Source: Octopus bimaculoides (lineage: Eukaryota). From it: a DNA stretch of 64,000 bases. Positions 26,592 through 40,445 of the stretch are shown here, piece after piece (positions within the stretch are counted from its first letter, which is position 1; the number at the start of each line of letters is the position of its first letter). The notes beneath the pieces are model-generated. The model ran no database searches, was not told where the DNA came from, and saw nothing but the letters and a program-made list of their open reading frames with translations. Where the stretch lies: NCBI RefSeq assembly GCF_001194135.2, contig NC_068992.1:47544224-47608223 (forward strand), in the 5' to 3' direction. Both the position numbers and the translations under genes were made by a program.

Positions 26592-28027
26592 NNNNNNNNN
26601 NNNNNNNNNNNNNNNNNNNNNNNNNNNNNNNNNNNNNNNNNNNNNNNNNNNNNNNNNNNNNNNNNNNNNNNNNNNNNNNNNNNNNNNNNNNNNNNNNNNN
26701 NNNNNNNNNNNNNNNNNNNNNNNNNNNNNNNNNNNNNNNNNNNNNNNNNNNNNNNNNNNNNNNNNNNNNNNNNNNNNNNNNNNNNNNNNNNNNNNNNNNN
26801 NNNNNNNNNNNNNNNNNNNNNNNNNNNNNNNNNNNNNNNNNNNNNNNNNNNNNNNNNNNNNNNNNNNNNNNNNNNNNNNNNNNNNNNNNNNNNNNNNNNN
26901 NNNNNNNNNNNNNNNNNNNNNNNNNNNNNNNNNNNNNNNNNNNNNNNNNNNNNNNNNNNNNNNNNNNNNNNNNNNNNNNNNNNNNNNNNNNNNNNNNNNN
27001 NNNNNNNNNNNNNNNNNNNNNNNNNNNNNNNNNNNNNNNNNNNNNNNNNNNNNNNNNNNNNNNNNNNNNNNNNNNNNNNNNNNNNNNNNNNNNNNNNNNN
27101 NNNNNNNNNNNNNNNNNNNNNNNNNNNNNNNNNNNNNNNNNNNNNNNNNNNNNNNNNNNNNNNNNNNNNNNNNNNNNNNNNNNNNNNNNNNNNNNNNNNN
27201 NNNNNNNNNNNNNNNNNNNNNNNNNNNNNNNNNNNNNNNNNNNNNNNNNNNNNNNNNNNNNNNNNNNNNNNNNNNNNNNNNNNNNNNNNNNNNNNNNATA
27301 TATATATATATATATATATAAGAACATGGATGATTTATTTGACCAATACTGAAGTGAGACTCACAGGCTTCTTCAAGCAACGAGACTTTAGCTGAGTACT
27401 CAGAATGGATGCCCTTACTGTTACAGGCAATGTCAGAGTAGATGAGGTTAGAAACAGCCAATGGTCACAGCATATAAGGGAGACTGGCACCAGATATTAT
27501 TATTAGGTTTGAATAGTAATAAGAAAACAATACCACACAAAGCCTATAATACAGGGTATGAGAGTGGTGTCGTAGTACTGTTGTAGTACACATCGACTAT
27601 ATATATGTATATTGTATGCATGTGAGTGTGTGTATGTGTGTTTATATAAGTCAACGCTTGTACTGAGTTCCCCATCAAAAACTGTACTGTTCTGATCCTT
27701 AAGATTTCCTTTAGAACAATCACATGTATAAGCTTATATCTATAAATATGAATACAAGTATACACATACACACACACATATATATAAATATACATGTGTG
27801 TGTGTGTGTGTTTGTGTGTATGCCTATGTGTGCATGTGTTTTGTTTATATTATGCTATGCTATGCAGTTCTTGGTTTTATATTCTGTTTCGATCATTTTA
27901 CTCTGCACTTTCCAGTTGTTGTGTCATGTGATGTTTAGCAAGAATGTATGCGATGAAATAAAGATAAAAAATAAACAATGAAAAATATCCCGGAAAGAAC
28001 CATCGGCAGCAACATCAACAACAATTA

Positions 28028-28099
<72 letters not shown>

Positions 28100-28713
28100 N
28101 NNNNNNNNNNNNNNNNNNNNNNNNNNNNNNNNNNNNNNNNNNNNNNNNNNNNNNNNNNNNNNNNNNNNNNNNNNNNNNNNNNNNNNNNNNNNNNNNNNNN
28201 NNNNNNNNNNNNNNNNNNNNNNNNNNNNNNNNNNNNNNNNNNNNNNNNNNNNNNNNNNNNNNNNNNNNNNNNNNNNNNNNNNNNNNNNNNNNNNNNNNNN
28301 NNNNNNNNNNNNNNNNNNNNNNNNNNNNNNNNNNNNNNNNNNNNNNNNNNNNNNNNNNNNNNNNNNNNNNNNNNNNNNNNNNNNNNNNNNNNNNNNNNNN
28401 NNNNNNNNNNNNNNNNNNNNNNNNNNNNNNNNNNNNNNNNNNNNNNNNNNNNNNNNNNNNNNNNNNNNNNNNNNNNNNNNNNNNNNNNNNNNNNNNNNNN
28501 NNNNNNNNNNNNNNNNNNNNNNNNNNNNNNNNNNNNNNNNNNNNNNNNNNNNNNNNNNNNNNNNNNNNNNNNNNNNNNNNNNNNNNNNNNNNNNNNNNNN
28601 NNNNNNNNNNNNNNNNNNNNNNNNNNNNNNNNNNNNNNNNNNNNNNNNNNNNNNNNNNNNNNNNNNNNNNNNNNNNNNNNNNNNNNNNNNNNNNNNNNNN
28701 NNNNNNNNNNNNN

Positions 28714-28746
<33 letters not shown>

Positions 28747-29169
28747 ATATAAATATATATATACATATATATATATATATGTATGTATATACATATATAT
28801 GTATAAATATATATATGTGTATTTGTCTTTCTGAACTTTGATAACTTCATTCATTTCATCTCTTTTTCAATTTATTTGCCTTTCAATCTTATATTGTTAC
28901 TATTATTATAATTTATAGTGGTAGTGTTAGTGGTGGTAATAGTAGTAGTAGTATTAGTAGAAGTTGCAATATTGCTTATCTTTGCTTTCATATTGTTTTT
29001 ATTTTGTTTTCTGCTGTTCTTTTTTCGTTTTCTTTTTCTATTCTGGAAAGAGAAGTTGAATACCGGAAAGTGTGTTTGGACTGAGGGCATCAGTTCTTTA
29101 TGATATGAACACTGTCCAGTAATAAAACAGCTATCCAATGTTAGAATGACAGACTCAAATGAAAAAAGA

Positions 29170-29700
29170 AGGTACCCATTGTTAGCAAGAATTTTTCCAA
29201 TGCTAGTGCCAGGTATTCAAATGTAACATAACGCAAACTGAGGTACCCTATTCGAAAACTAAATTGATGTAGTCTTGTGACATATAATAAAATATGATAA
29301 TAATACAATGAAATACACCAACTGAAAAAATGTTTATTCCACAATTCTTAAATTCATGAAATCCAGTTATTAAATTTAGGTACTGTAATAATGAAACTGA
29401 GGTACTATGATGTTAAAAGTAAAACAAGGTACATTAACAACAGCATGAAGTTATGTAATATAAAAGTTATGTATGATGATGTTAGAGTAACATAGCTTAA
29501 TGAAACATCTATGTACCCTATTGATAAAATGACGTACCCTGTTCACACAGTGTATCTCAATGATATGGCATTGTACCTTGTTTTTAAAATCATGTACCTT
29601 GATGCTTAAACGACACAGTTCAATGATAAATCTATGTACCCAGTAACTAAAATGATGTACCCTGATGTCTAAACAATGATAAACTCAAAGTATACTGGTT
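29170..29700. repeat. Cryptic degenerate 21-bp / 63-bp higher-order minisatellite (GTACC core)
   Basis: GTACC at 29513, 29534, 29573, 29594, 29636, 29657 (spacings 21, 39, 21, 42, 21). More eroded GGTAC units occur from 29171. Confidence 0.65.
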
Positions 29701-30159
29701 GATAAAATAATGAGATAATGTATCAGAATGATATATTCGTCATAAAAACTAACAATGCAGCCTGATTTAACTGTAACATGTTGTCTTATATATGGTGTGG
29801 TGTGTGTGTGTGTGTGTGTGTGTGTATTGAGAATATTTGTCATTTCCAGTTTGGCAATATTCATATCTCTTGCTTCATGGGGGTTAATAATACTTTTGCT
29901 TTTTTTTTTTTTTTTTTGCTTAATGAGAAAATTANNNNNNNNNNTTTTTTTTTTTTTTTTTTGCTTAATGAGAAAATTACTGTCTCATTAGACACACCTG
30001 TTTGTTGTGTAATATGCAATATAGCATCAGCCAGTTGTTGTAAGCTTTGAAATGGTTGTAAAGGGTTATCTTCATCTTGTAGTTTAGATATGTATATGTA
30101 ACATCTCGTATAAACTAATAATTACCACACAGAATTGTTTGTCCATCTTTTCTCTAATT

Positions 30160-30350
30160 ATATCATCGTCGTTTGATGTCTCTGTTCCTGTGCTGGCAGG
30201 GGTTGAATTTTTTGACAAGATCTGACAGGCAGAAGGACTGCAACATGCTTGACTACCTACTTCAACATAGTTTCTCTGACTGGATGCCCTTTCTAATGCC
30301 AACCACTTTACAGCTTGTACTGGGTACTCTTTACATACCACCAGCACCGG
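30160..30350 (-). mobile_element. Non-autonomous/3'-tail retroelement fragment (RTE-tail-like family)
   Basis: Contains the motifs CATCGTCGTTT...TGCTGGCA.GGGTTG and CTGGATGCCCTT.CTAATGCCAACCACTTTACAG. The first has related opposite-strand copies at 44540-44585 and 53270-53330. Confidence 0.55.
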
Positions 30351-30486
30351 TGAAGTTGCTCTGCAGCTTGCAAGACTACAAAGCCTGAAGCAAGAGGCTT
30401 TGTGGTAGAAGATGAGAGCTTAAAGTATGAAATGAAGACCTGGTGCAGAACAGGTTTCTTCCTGTAGAGAGAGTACCTGGCTGTAT

Positions 30487-30499
30487 ATGTGTTTACTCA

Positions 30500-30534
<35 letters not shown>

Positions 30535-30535
30535 G

Positions 30536-30566
<31 letters not shown>

Positions 30567-30655
30567 GTATACATATATATATATATATGTATATATATGT
30601 ATACATATATATATATACATATGTATATATATGTATACATATATATATGTATGTA

Positions 30656-30745
<90 letters not shown>

Positions 30746-30760
30746 CATATATATCATAAT
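30487..30760. repeat. Long (TA)n tract with periodic TG/CA interruptions
   Basis: Direct. Confidence 0.95.
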
Positions 30761-31586
30761 ATATATTGCAGGTATGAATATATGGATTATCTACCATTGT
30801 AGATTTAGTGACTAACTTCTACATAAATTAATCTTTAGGTAGAATAATCTTTTATAAATAATTAGCAGAAATAGTTGGCACACCTGTCACCTGCACCAAT
30901 TCTTTCTCTTCTGCATATTATTTTTATTTCATTAATTTAAATAAATCTCAATTCTTATTTCTACTTTTCACTCTCAACTTCAAGAAGATTCACCTGCACT
31001 TTAGAAATCCTCCAAAAGATGGTGAAGACGAGTATAGAAAAGACAGATTTATTTACGAGGAATATGGTATGACTGATGCAACCGCAGATTCATTCTTCTG
31101 TATCTTGCACCAGAAAATAATTGAGTCTCAACTTCTCTCTCTCTCACTCAGATACAGTGTATATATTTTAACCAGAGTATCCACCAGGAGATGGCTCAGA
31201 TATATATATATTTCTTTTCACTTGTTTCAGTCATTAGACTGCGGCCATGCTGGGGCACCGCCTTTATATGTCAAATATTTTCACTCCGTTATATACAATA
31301 TCAAAGTGGGCATGGGAGTATAATTTGCCTTAACTAGGCAGGGTACTCTATCTTAAATGGATTATTTGCAACATCATAAATGAAGTATTTACCCTGTTGC
31401 AGTTTAAGTTATTATACGAGTTAGTACCCCCACCATCTTTACTGATATATAATATATACAATAGGTAAACTGATGTATACTCTATTCTTAATCATTTACT
31501 GGCCCCAGTTGGGTGGCAATGGCCAGAAAGGAACACAGCCATAATATGTACTTCTTATAAAACAAATGTCTACTCAGTCATATCAA

Positions 31587-31640
<54 letters not shown>

Positions 31641-32680
31641 TATGAGAGTAGAATACAGTGACCTTGTATTAATCTTGACACTATCAACATATACAATACA
31701 TGGATATATATTTTTTATCATAGCTGAGTATAGAAAAGATCTCAAATGCTATACATTCACCATCTTAGCTATAGTGTATACATGATGAGTGTTAACTCTA
31801 AGACATACTATAGTTCAGATAGGGCTCCACATTATTCAGTATAAGGAATATCCTAATTTTCTCTCTCATTNNNNNNNNNNNNNNNNNNNNNNNNNNNNNN
31901 NNNNNNNNNNNNNNNNNNNNNNNNNNNNNNNNNNNNNNNNNNNNNNNNNNNNNNNNNNNNNNNNNNNNNNNNNNNNNNNNNNNNNNNNNNNNNNNNNNNN
32001 NNNNNNNNNNNNNNNNNNNNNNNNNNNNNNNNNNNNNNNNNNNNNNNNNNNNNNNNNNNNNNNNNNNNNNNNNNNNNNNNNNNNNNNNNNNNNNNNNNNN
32101 NNNNNNNNNNNNNNNNNNNNNNNNNNNNNNNNNNNNNNNNNNNNNNNNNNNNNNNNNNNNNNNNNNNNNNNNNNNNNNNNNNNNNNNNNNNNNNNNNNNN
32201 NNNNNNNNNNNNNNNNNNNNNNNNNNNNNNNNNNNNNNNNNNNNNNNNNNNNNNNNNNNNNNNNNNNNNNNNNNNNNNNNNNNNNNNNNNNNNNNNNNNN
32301 NNNNNNNNNNNNNNNNNNNNNNNNNNNNNNNNNNNNNNNNNNNNNNNNNNNNNNNNNNNNNNNNNNNNNNNNNNNNNNNNNNNNNNNNNNNNNNNNNNNN
32401 NNNNNNNNNNNNNNNNNNNNNNNNNNNNNNNNNNNNNNNNNNNNNNNNNNNNNNNNNNNNNNNNNNNNNNNNNNNNNNNNNNNNNNNNNNNNNNNNNNNN
32501 NNNNNNNNNNNNNNNNNNNNNNNNNNNNNNNNNNNNNNNNNNNNNNNNNNNNNNNNNNNNNNNNNNNNNNNNNNNNNNNNNNNNNNNNNNNNNNNNNNNN
32601 NNNNNNNNNNNNNNNNNNNNNNNNNNNNNNNNNNNNNNNNNNNNNNNNNNNNNNNNNNNNNNNNNNNNNNNNNNNNNNNN

Positions 32681-32713
<33 letters not shown>

Positions 32714-33204
32714 AGTCACTTATCTGGAATACATGCATGTGTCTATACAGTTTTCAATGAATTATTTTCTCTGTCTTGAAAGCATGTATATATACAGTGC
32801 CATAATAGAATTATATATTTTTATTTTAATTGGTTAACTATGTATGTTTTACATATATTTATGCATATGTACACATATATATTCAATATATATATTTATG
32901 TGCACGTGTGTATTCAAATAAGTAAATATCCATATGTATATGTATAATACACACATACATACATACATACATATATATATATACATAAATCTATAATAGC
33001 TATATATGTGTGTGTGTGTGTGTGTATTTATTTATACAAATATTTATGCATATTCATATATAATTGTATGCATAAATGTGTGTGTGTAAATATTTCTACA
33101 TTTTAGTATATAAACATACATTTCTCTATTTCTCTCCTCCTCTCTCTCTCTAATTTTCCTTCACTCCCTCTTTCTCACACTTTTTCTCCCTCTCTCTCTC
33201 TCTC

Positions 33205-33246
<42 letters not shown>

Positions 33247-34246
33247 TGTGTGGGAGGGAGTGTGTGTGAAGAGAGAAAGAGAGACAGAAAGGGGAAACAG
33301 AGATATTTACATGTACTCATATATATATNNNNNNNNNNNNNNNNNNNNNNNNNNNNNNNNNNNNNNNNNNNNNNNNNNNNNNNNNNNNNNNNNNNNNNNN
33401 NNNNNNNNNNNNNNNNNNNNNNNNNNNNNNNNNNNNNNNNNNNNNNNNNNNNNNNNNNNNNNNNNNNNNNNNNNNNNNNNNNNNNNNNNNNNNNNNNNNN
33501 NNNNNNNNNNNNNNNNNNNNNNNNNNNNNNNNNNNNNNNNNNNNNNNNNNNNNNNNNNNNNNNNNNNNNNNNNNNNNNNNNNNNNNNNNNNNNNNNNNNN
33601 NNNNNNNNNNNNNNNNNNNNNNNNNNNNNNNNNNNNNNNNNNNNNNNNNNNNNNNNNNNNNNNNNNNNNNNNNNNNNNNNNNNNNNNNNNNNNNNNNNNN
33701 NNNNNNNNNNNNNNNNNNNNNNNNNNNNNNNNNNNNNNNNNNNNNNNNNNNNNNNNNNNNNNNNNNNNNNNNNNNNNNNNNNNNNNNNNNNNNNNNNNNN
33801 NNNNNNNNNNNNNNNNNNNNNNNNNNNNNNNNNNNNNNNNNNNNNNNNNNNNNNNNNNNNNNNNNNNNNNNNNNNNNNNNNNNNNNNNNNNNNNNNNNNN
33901 NNNNNNNNNNNNNNNNNNNNNNNNNNNNNNNNNNNNNNNNNNNNNNNNNNNNNNNNNNNNNNNNNNNNNNNNNNNNNNNNNNNNNNNNNNNNNNNNNNNN
34001 NNNNNNNNNNNNNNNNNNNNNNNNNNNNNNNNNNNNCATATGTGACTCTACCTGTCACCATGAAGAGGAGGAGTGGAGTTGGTAGGGCAGGTGGAAGGGT
34101 GGGTAGTTGAAGGTACATGGGGAAGTAGGGGAAGGGAGTAAATCTTCTGTGTGGTGGTGGGGGATGGGGTTCGAGGCTGGGTGGTGGTGGGGGAAAATTG
34201 TCGAGGAAGTGAATCTATGATGTATGTGGCAGGAGGCATGTAACCA

Positions 34247-34353
34247 TTACTGGTGAGCCAATATGCCGAACAACAAAGTAGTACATAGAATCTCAACCCA
34301 GTGTATTTGGAGAAGAGTACAGCCGTTACCGTCTGTACCCTGAATTGAGGTTC
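34247..34353 (-). CDS. Candidate terminal coding exon with GPI-anchor-signal-like C-terminus (GTSIQGTDGNGCTLLQIHWVEILCTTLLFGILAHQ*)
   Basis: Very strong acceptor (T)13CTTTTTCAG|G at 34354. The phase 1 frame gives small residues, a spacer, a hydrophobic tail and TAA at 34247-34249, and joins in frame to the 45283-45321 exon. Confidence 0.5.
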
Positions 34354-34478
34354 CTGAAAAAGAAAAAAAAAAAAATTATTATTACACACACATAAAGACA
34401 GAGAGAGAAAGAGAAAGGAAAAATTTAATCTTTTAGCATTCAGAGTTCTAATACTTAATCATTCATATTGTTTTGAAT

Positions 34479-34841
34479 TTAACCCTTTAGTATTCAGATT
34501 ATATTGTATTACAATTCTTATTTATCGACATTGCTTTGAATTAATCAGACATTTTCTTGTACCTTTGGGGTTTTGATAATGTGATTGTATATCTCTTGAA
34601 TGACATTGTACCGCAGGTGTGAGTGACCCAATCTGGTTGGTTTGAACATAAAACAGGTAGAATATTCGGGCTGGGTCAATCATGCATTATCATGTAGCTT
34701 TGAGATTTTTAATGATGTGATTGTTTATTTTTAGAATGACATTGTAGGGTTTGTGTGATAGGTCAGATCTGGCCAGTTTGAACATAAAATAGATGGAATA
34801 CTTGGGCTAGATATGGCTGACTTAAATGCCAAAGAGTTGAA
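34479..34841. mobile_element. piggyBac-type MITE remnant with internal ~135-bp duplication
   Basis: Left end TTAA-CCCTTTAG; decayed right end CCAAAGAGTTGA (expected CTAAAGGG-TTAA). Two diverged internal copies of GAATGACATTGTA...TTTGAACATAAAA. Confidence 0.5.
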
Positions 34842-36866
34842 CTGAATATATTAGTGGAAGGCTGAATTGAATAAATAAGCAGATAATCACAAAATTTATT
34901 AAAAACGAGGAAGGTATTTGGGGATTAAATCAATTTTTAACATTGAAATGCATAATCAAAACAACCAATAATATTTATTAATCCAAATAAACCATTTTTA
35001 AAACAACTACACACCTAGGGCTTCTATGTACCCATGTATTAAAATGAAAACTAATATTATTTTGAAGGTTGAGAGCTTATATTATAGAGGTAATTCAACT
35101 ATGATGGCAATTAAAGGGTTATGGATTCAACTGTCATTAAGTTCTCACTATTTTTTCAAGGGTTCCTGCAGTTCAATTTACTCCATACATCTGCATGTAT
35201 TTTTGGAGGTCAAAACCTAACATTTTGCAGAAGACTGGCAGTTGCTCAGGCACATATGTCTCTTATCTCAATGCTACAAACATTTACCTAATGAGAAGAC
35301 CACTGGCTTGGGTTAATACAATTGGCACCAGTGTTTATAATGTCTAATATGAAACCCTGTCAAAATTTAGACAAAGTAATCTCAAATCTACATTTTAATC
35401 AATCAAACCTCTATTGCTATCAATAATCTTGTAAATATAAAAACATCACAATTATTCTTTAAAGATCATTATTTAATCTACTATACCAGTGAAATTATAT
35501 GACGGCAATGAAGATGAGGGTGATGAGGATGTTAGATCCATTCAAATTAAACTCTGCCAAAATTATTTGTGATGTATACAGTGAGCCTATTTCTAGTTGC
35601 AAATATGATGACAAAAGCATCAAGTATATAAATAAATATGTTATAACATAAATAATATTTTCATGTATGTATCAAACTAAAATATAAAATATTAATATGA
35701 ATATAACCTAAATTTTGTGAGAAATTAGATGAGTAGAATATGATGGTTATGTCATGTTAACAAGAATAAAATGCAGAAAAGGTGACAGACTTAAATTGTG
35801 ACTGTGTACAGTCATGGAGGTCAAGTTCACTTTCTAGCCATGTGGTTTTGGGATTGTTCTACCATGCAGTAATTTAGGCTAGAATTTTCTACCAAAGCCC
35901 TAGGCCAACAAACACCTTGTGAGTGAATTTAGTAGAGAGAGACTGCAAAAAACCCCCCCAAAAAACCCTCACACACATATTTAAACATAACTGTGTGTAT
36001 GTGTGTGTGTGTGTATTTACATTTAAAATTGCCTGTATGAAAGAATGCTGGATGCTTTTGTTGTCAGTTTCTCCTGTCAACAAAGCCTCCAGGCACTTTG
36101 TGCTTTTGAAGCTGTGTGGACTAAACAATTAAGAGTTAGCTTCAGGAAGGACATTCACCTGTAAAACAATGCCCCACACTAAATATTCATGAAACCCATG
36201 CAAGCATGAAAAAAACAGATGAAAATCATAAACGAATGAACAAGCTTATAAAAGATATCAGCCACATGATGAATGCAGGAGTGAAGATTTGTGCAGAATG
36301 AAAAAGTGACATGCTGGGTTGACAAGGACAAGAACTACACTCACATTAAATGATAATGGCATAAAGATTTGAGAGGGATATTTGATGAGCTTAGGTAGGG
36401 GGTTAATGTTGAAAAATAAACCTCATTTGGTCACATTCCATGAGAGTATTTTGGTCAGCCTATGAACTTTTCAGCTGACCATCATATATGTATGTATATG
36501 TGTGTGTGTGTACACACACTGATGTAAACATACGCGGATCAATTTTATATACAGGCAGAAATATTCAACCTGTGTGAGTCTATTGCTTGAACAAAATTTA
36601 TTCTGAAATTCTAAGTGTTAACCAAATAGAAGCCACCACTTGATAAGCAAGCTATCATCTCCAAACACTTCACCATCAGAGAAAAATCAGCAAGGGATCC
36701 TCTGAGTAGTAGCTCAGTCTGCAAGAAACAACAACCAATGTGCCTTAAATCACACCATGTCATTTATAAAAATAAAATCACACCTAACAATGTAGTTTTA
36801 GATATCAAAAAGACAGGGTAGTCATGGCTGAAAGGCTTTTTAATTTACGTCTGTTCAGTGAGAGAT

Positions 36867-37251
36867 TGTTGGCACTCCGTCGCTTACGACGTCGAGGGTT
36901 CCAGTTGATCCGATCAACAGAACAGCCTGCTCGTGAAATTAACGTGCAAGTGGCTGAGCACTCCACAGACATGTGTATCCTTTACGTAGTTCTCGGGGAT
37001 ATTCAGCGTGACACAGAGTGTGACAAAGCTGACCCTTTGAATTACAGGTACAACAGAAACAGGAAGTAAGAGCGAGAGAAAGTTGTGGTCAAAGAGTACA
37101 GCAGGGTTCACCACCATCCCCTGCCGGGAGCCTTGTGGAGCTTTAAGTGTTTTCGCTCAATAAACACTCACAACGCCCGGTCTGGGAATCGAAAACGCGA
37201 TCCTATGACCGCGAGTCCGCTGCCCTAACCACTGGGCCATTGCGCCTCCAC
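36867..37251 (-). mobile_element. tRNA-derived SINE family C (full length)
   Basis: Minus-strand head GTGGAGGCGCAATGGCCCAGTGGTTAGGGCAGCGGACTCGCGGTCATAGGATCGCG.TTTCGATTCCC with A/B-box-like motifs. The body is shared with 19986-20250. Confidence 0.85.
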
Positions 37252-38552
37252 TCAGTGAGAGATAACCTGAGGCTAAACAGCACCTTTAGTGACATTGCCT
37301 TAGAATTAAAATGTATATATTCTCTGCAATTTTCTGATGTCATTATAATGGTCTCTGATTGCTTGAGCTTGTCTATTCTACACCACTCCAGCTTTATCTG
37401 ACCACCCACACAGCAATATTTCTTCACAGACACCCACATCCAACACAAAAAGCTTGGCTCAATCCTTCTTCCCCAGACCTATTCTCAGTTTCTTTAGCAT
37501 TATCTATTTCTGTCTCTCACTTGCTTTACCTTCTACAAGTCCTTTCACTCCTAGACAGGTACAGTATACAGTATAGTCCAAACCGAAAATGTAGGAAACC
37601 CTACAAAGGCAGAGGGCACTGTCCCTCTTTATCTGACTGGTGAAAGAAAAAAGAATCTCACCTTGACAATAATCCAACAATCACTACATATATCAGGAAA
37701 ATGTTATCACCCTTTTCCATCCTTCAACAGGGACAAAACCTGATTAGAACCATCACTGTCATGCATGGGTAGGCACAGGTATGGCAAGAAGTTTGCCTTC
37801 CAACCACATGATTTTAGGTTCAACACCTTGGGCAAATATTTTATCGAACATAACCTCAGACTGACCAAAGCTTTGTGAATGGATTTGTTGCACAGAAACT
37901 GAAAGAAGTTCATTGTGTGTGTGTGTGTGTGTAGTTATTAGGGTGTTGGAAGTGCAATCATAAAGTCGTAGTTTTGAACCCCAGACATGGCAGTGTATCA
38001 TGTTCTTGAGCAAACTTCTTCATTGTGCATTACTCCATTCCACTCAACTGCAAATGAATACCACCGAATGAATACCAGCTTAGTGTTAAACTTGTGATTG
38101 ACTCGTGCCCCATTCAAGTGAAAATCTCCTACTTTCTTCAGACTTAAACACCGTAGAAACCAAGATAAACTCTGACTGAATAAAACTTGATTTGTGACGG
38201 AACAAAAATTTAAGGATGTTTATTGGTAATTCTTTATTTGAAGGAAACAGAATATAATTTACTAAACTGAAGAGGAAGAATATAGGGAATGAAAAGAGAG
38301 AAGAAAAAATGCAAATCGGTAAATATTGAGAGGAGAATTGTAGGCCTTTCCAGATTGTTTGGTGACTGTCATGTGTTAAGTGAGAGGAGTTCTGGGGATT
38401 TTTACAGAATGGAATAAAAAAAAAAATGATGGGTTTTTTTTTGTCTGAATCATTTCCAGTTACTTCCCTTTATAGTGATTCAATAAAATAACTTCTCCCT
38501 TAATAATTCTCCAATATCGATAATTTACTGAGCAAGCAAGCCAGAGCACATG

Positions 38553-38596
<44 letters not shown>

Positions 38597-38761
38597 CACG
38601 CGCACGCAAATATACATATTGTCACATTACCACATTTAGACATATACTTACGTATACATACACATAAGTATACACACACATTCTGATGCACGCACCGTGC
38701 ACATACACACATGCACAAATACCCACACGTAAATTACACACATTGAAACAGAGAGAGGGGG

Positions 38762-38792
<31 letters not shown>

Positions 38793-39370
38793 AGAGACAG
38801 ACAGAAAGATTTCATAGATATTCGATTATGTTCATATATTGATTTATGTAAATAAATCAGAGTATCATTGAGGGAGAAGTTATTTACTTGGTGATTAAAG
38901 AAGAATTAAAGGGAGATAACTGTATCAGACCTCGGTTGATAGCGCATTTCTCAATATAATAGGCTTCTAATGCTGTTAGTTTTTCATTTTACCCTGCCTC
39001 ATAGCAAGGTCCGAATTTTAAACACTAGGGATTCTGTATCAACACGCATACACAGCCTACTAATTTTTAACGTTATTTAACATTCATTAAAAACGCACTT
39101 AACGGCAGGAAAAGTTTGGGTTTTAGAAGAAGGAAGCAAGGAGAACTATGCTTATTTTAGTCGACTGAGTGTGAAGTAGATTGTGAATTGGCGAAAAGTT
39201 GATTGACGCTGTACATTATTTATAAGGGATAATTAATGAAAGAGCCTCTACATAAGCGTTTGATCTATTTAGAATAGCAGGGAACGTAACTTTACGTTAC
39301 ATCTTACTGTCTTGAAAAGATTGTAGTGGTATGGGACTCAAGCCACGAGATAAGCATAGTTTCAATAAAC

Positions 39371-39422
<52 letters not shown>

Positions 39423-39545
39423 GAGAGACGTATATATATGTATGTTTGTGTATATAAATACGTATGTGTGCATATATGTATGTATATAACGAGAAAGTGA
39501 GATAGACATACTTGCACATACAGACACAAACGCATACATAAGTAT

Positions 39546-39603
<58 letters not shown>

Positions 39604-39696
39604 AAAAAAAGCATTACCATAAAAAAAATGTATAAAGATATGTAAAGAATGAAGTAGGGAGTAGAACCCTCTGCATGAAGAAATGTGATCAAATTT

Positions 39697-39727
<31 letters not shown>

Positions 39728-40445
39728 GTACGCGCACACAAAACACACATACTAAGCACAGACAGAAATGTGTGCAAATAAGGATTCATACCATAGAAAG
39801 ACAAAATGGACTAAACAAAGCAAGAGGAGATACATGGGAGACAAAGTCACTGAAGGGGTCCCATGATGTGTAACAAAAGAGACAAAGGGCATTAAAAAAA
39901 TAATAATAAAAATGAAGTGAAGATCAAGTATATAGTGCGTGTGTTTGTAATTGGCAAAGATATGACCATCCCCATATATAACAATATATATAGAGTGTTT
40001 GTGTGTATGTGTAAGGATAGGTTTCATAAGAGTTTATATATGGGGTTGCATGCTGTGGGTCTGTGTCTCTGTGTTAGTGTGTTTTTTAACTTATACCTCT
40101 GCACCAAGTTATAGGAGTTTATATTTTGTGACCTTTGACTTCTATGTTTGTCTTTTCACTTATCTACAAGATGTTACTGATTTAGCAGAATAAATTTCCT
40201 ACTCCAGGTGTCATCTTCAAGAATTGTATTAAAATACTGACCATTACAAGTTGCTTCTTCTATCCCCTTCCCCTCCCTTAAACTTTGTTTTATACACTTC
40301 CAGCACTTTCTACCTTCGTTTCCCACACCTCCTTCATGTATTTACCTTTTTTGTGTTTACATATTTTCTCATTGATCTTCATTTTATTTAGAAATCACAT
40401 TTTATTATAGACATATTAGTCTTCAATTGATATATCTATGTGTAT

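Noticed and set aside
29170-29700. CRISPR-like or reflectin-like interpretation of the 21/63-bp repeat
   Set aside because: Units are degenerate without a constant repeat and unique spacers, the context is eukaryotic, the peptide lacks the reflectin M/FD(X)5MD motif, and there are recurrent stops.
29895-29980. Direct repeat (T)nGCTTAATGAGAAAATTA around a 10-N gap (similar case at 901-1010)
   Set aside because: Typical unmerged contig overlap, not a target-site duplication.
37175-37251. tRNA gene (also 17380-17455, 55640-55710, 60810-60882)
   Set aside because: A/B-box-like motifs continue straight into repeat bodies present in several copies; these are SINE heads.
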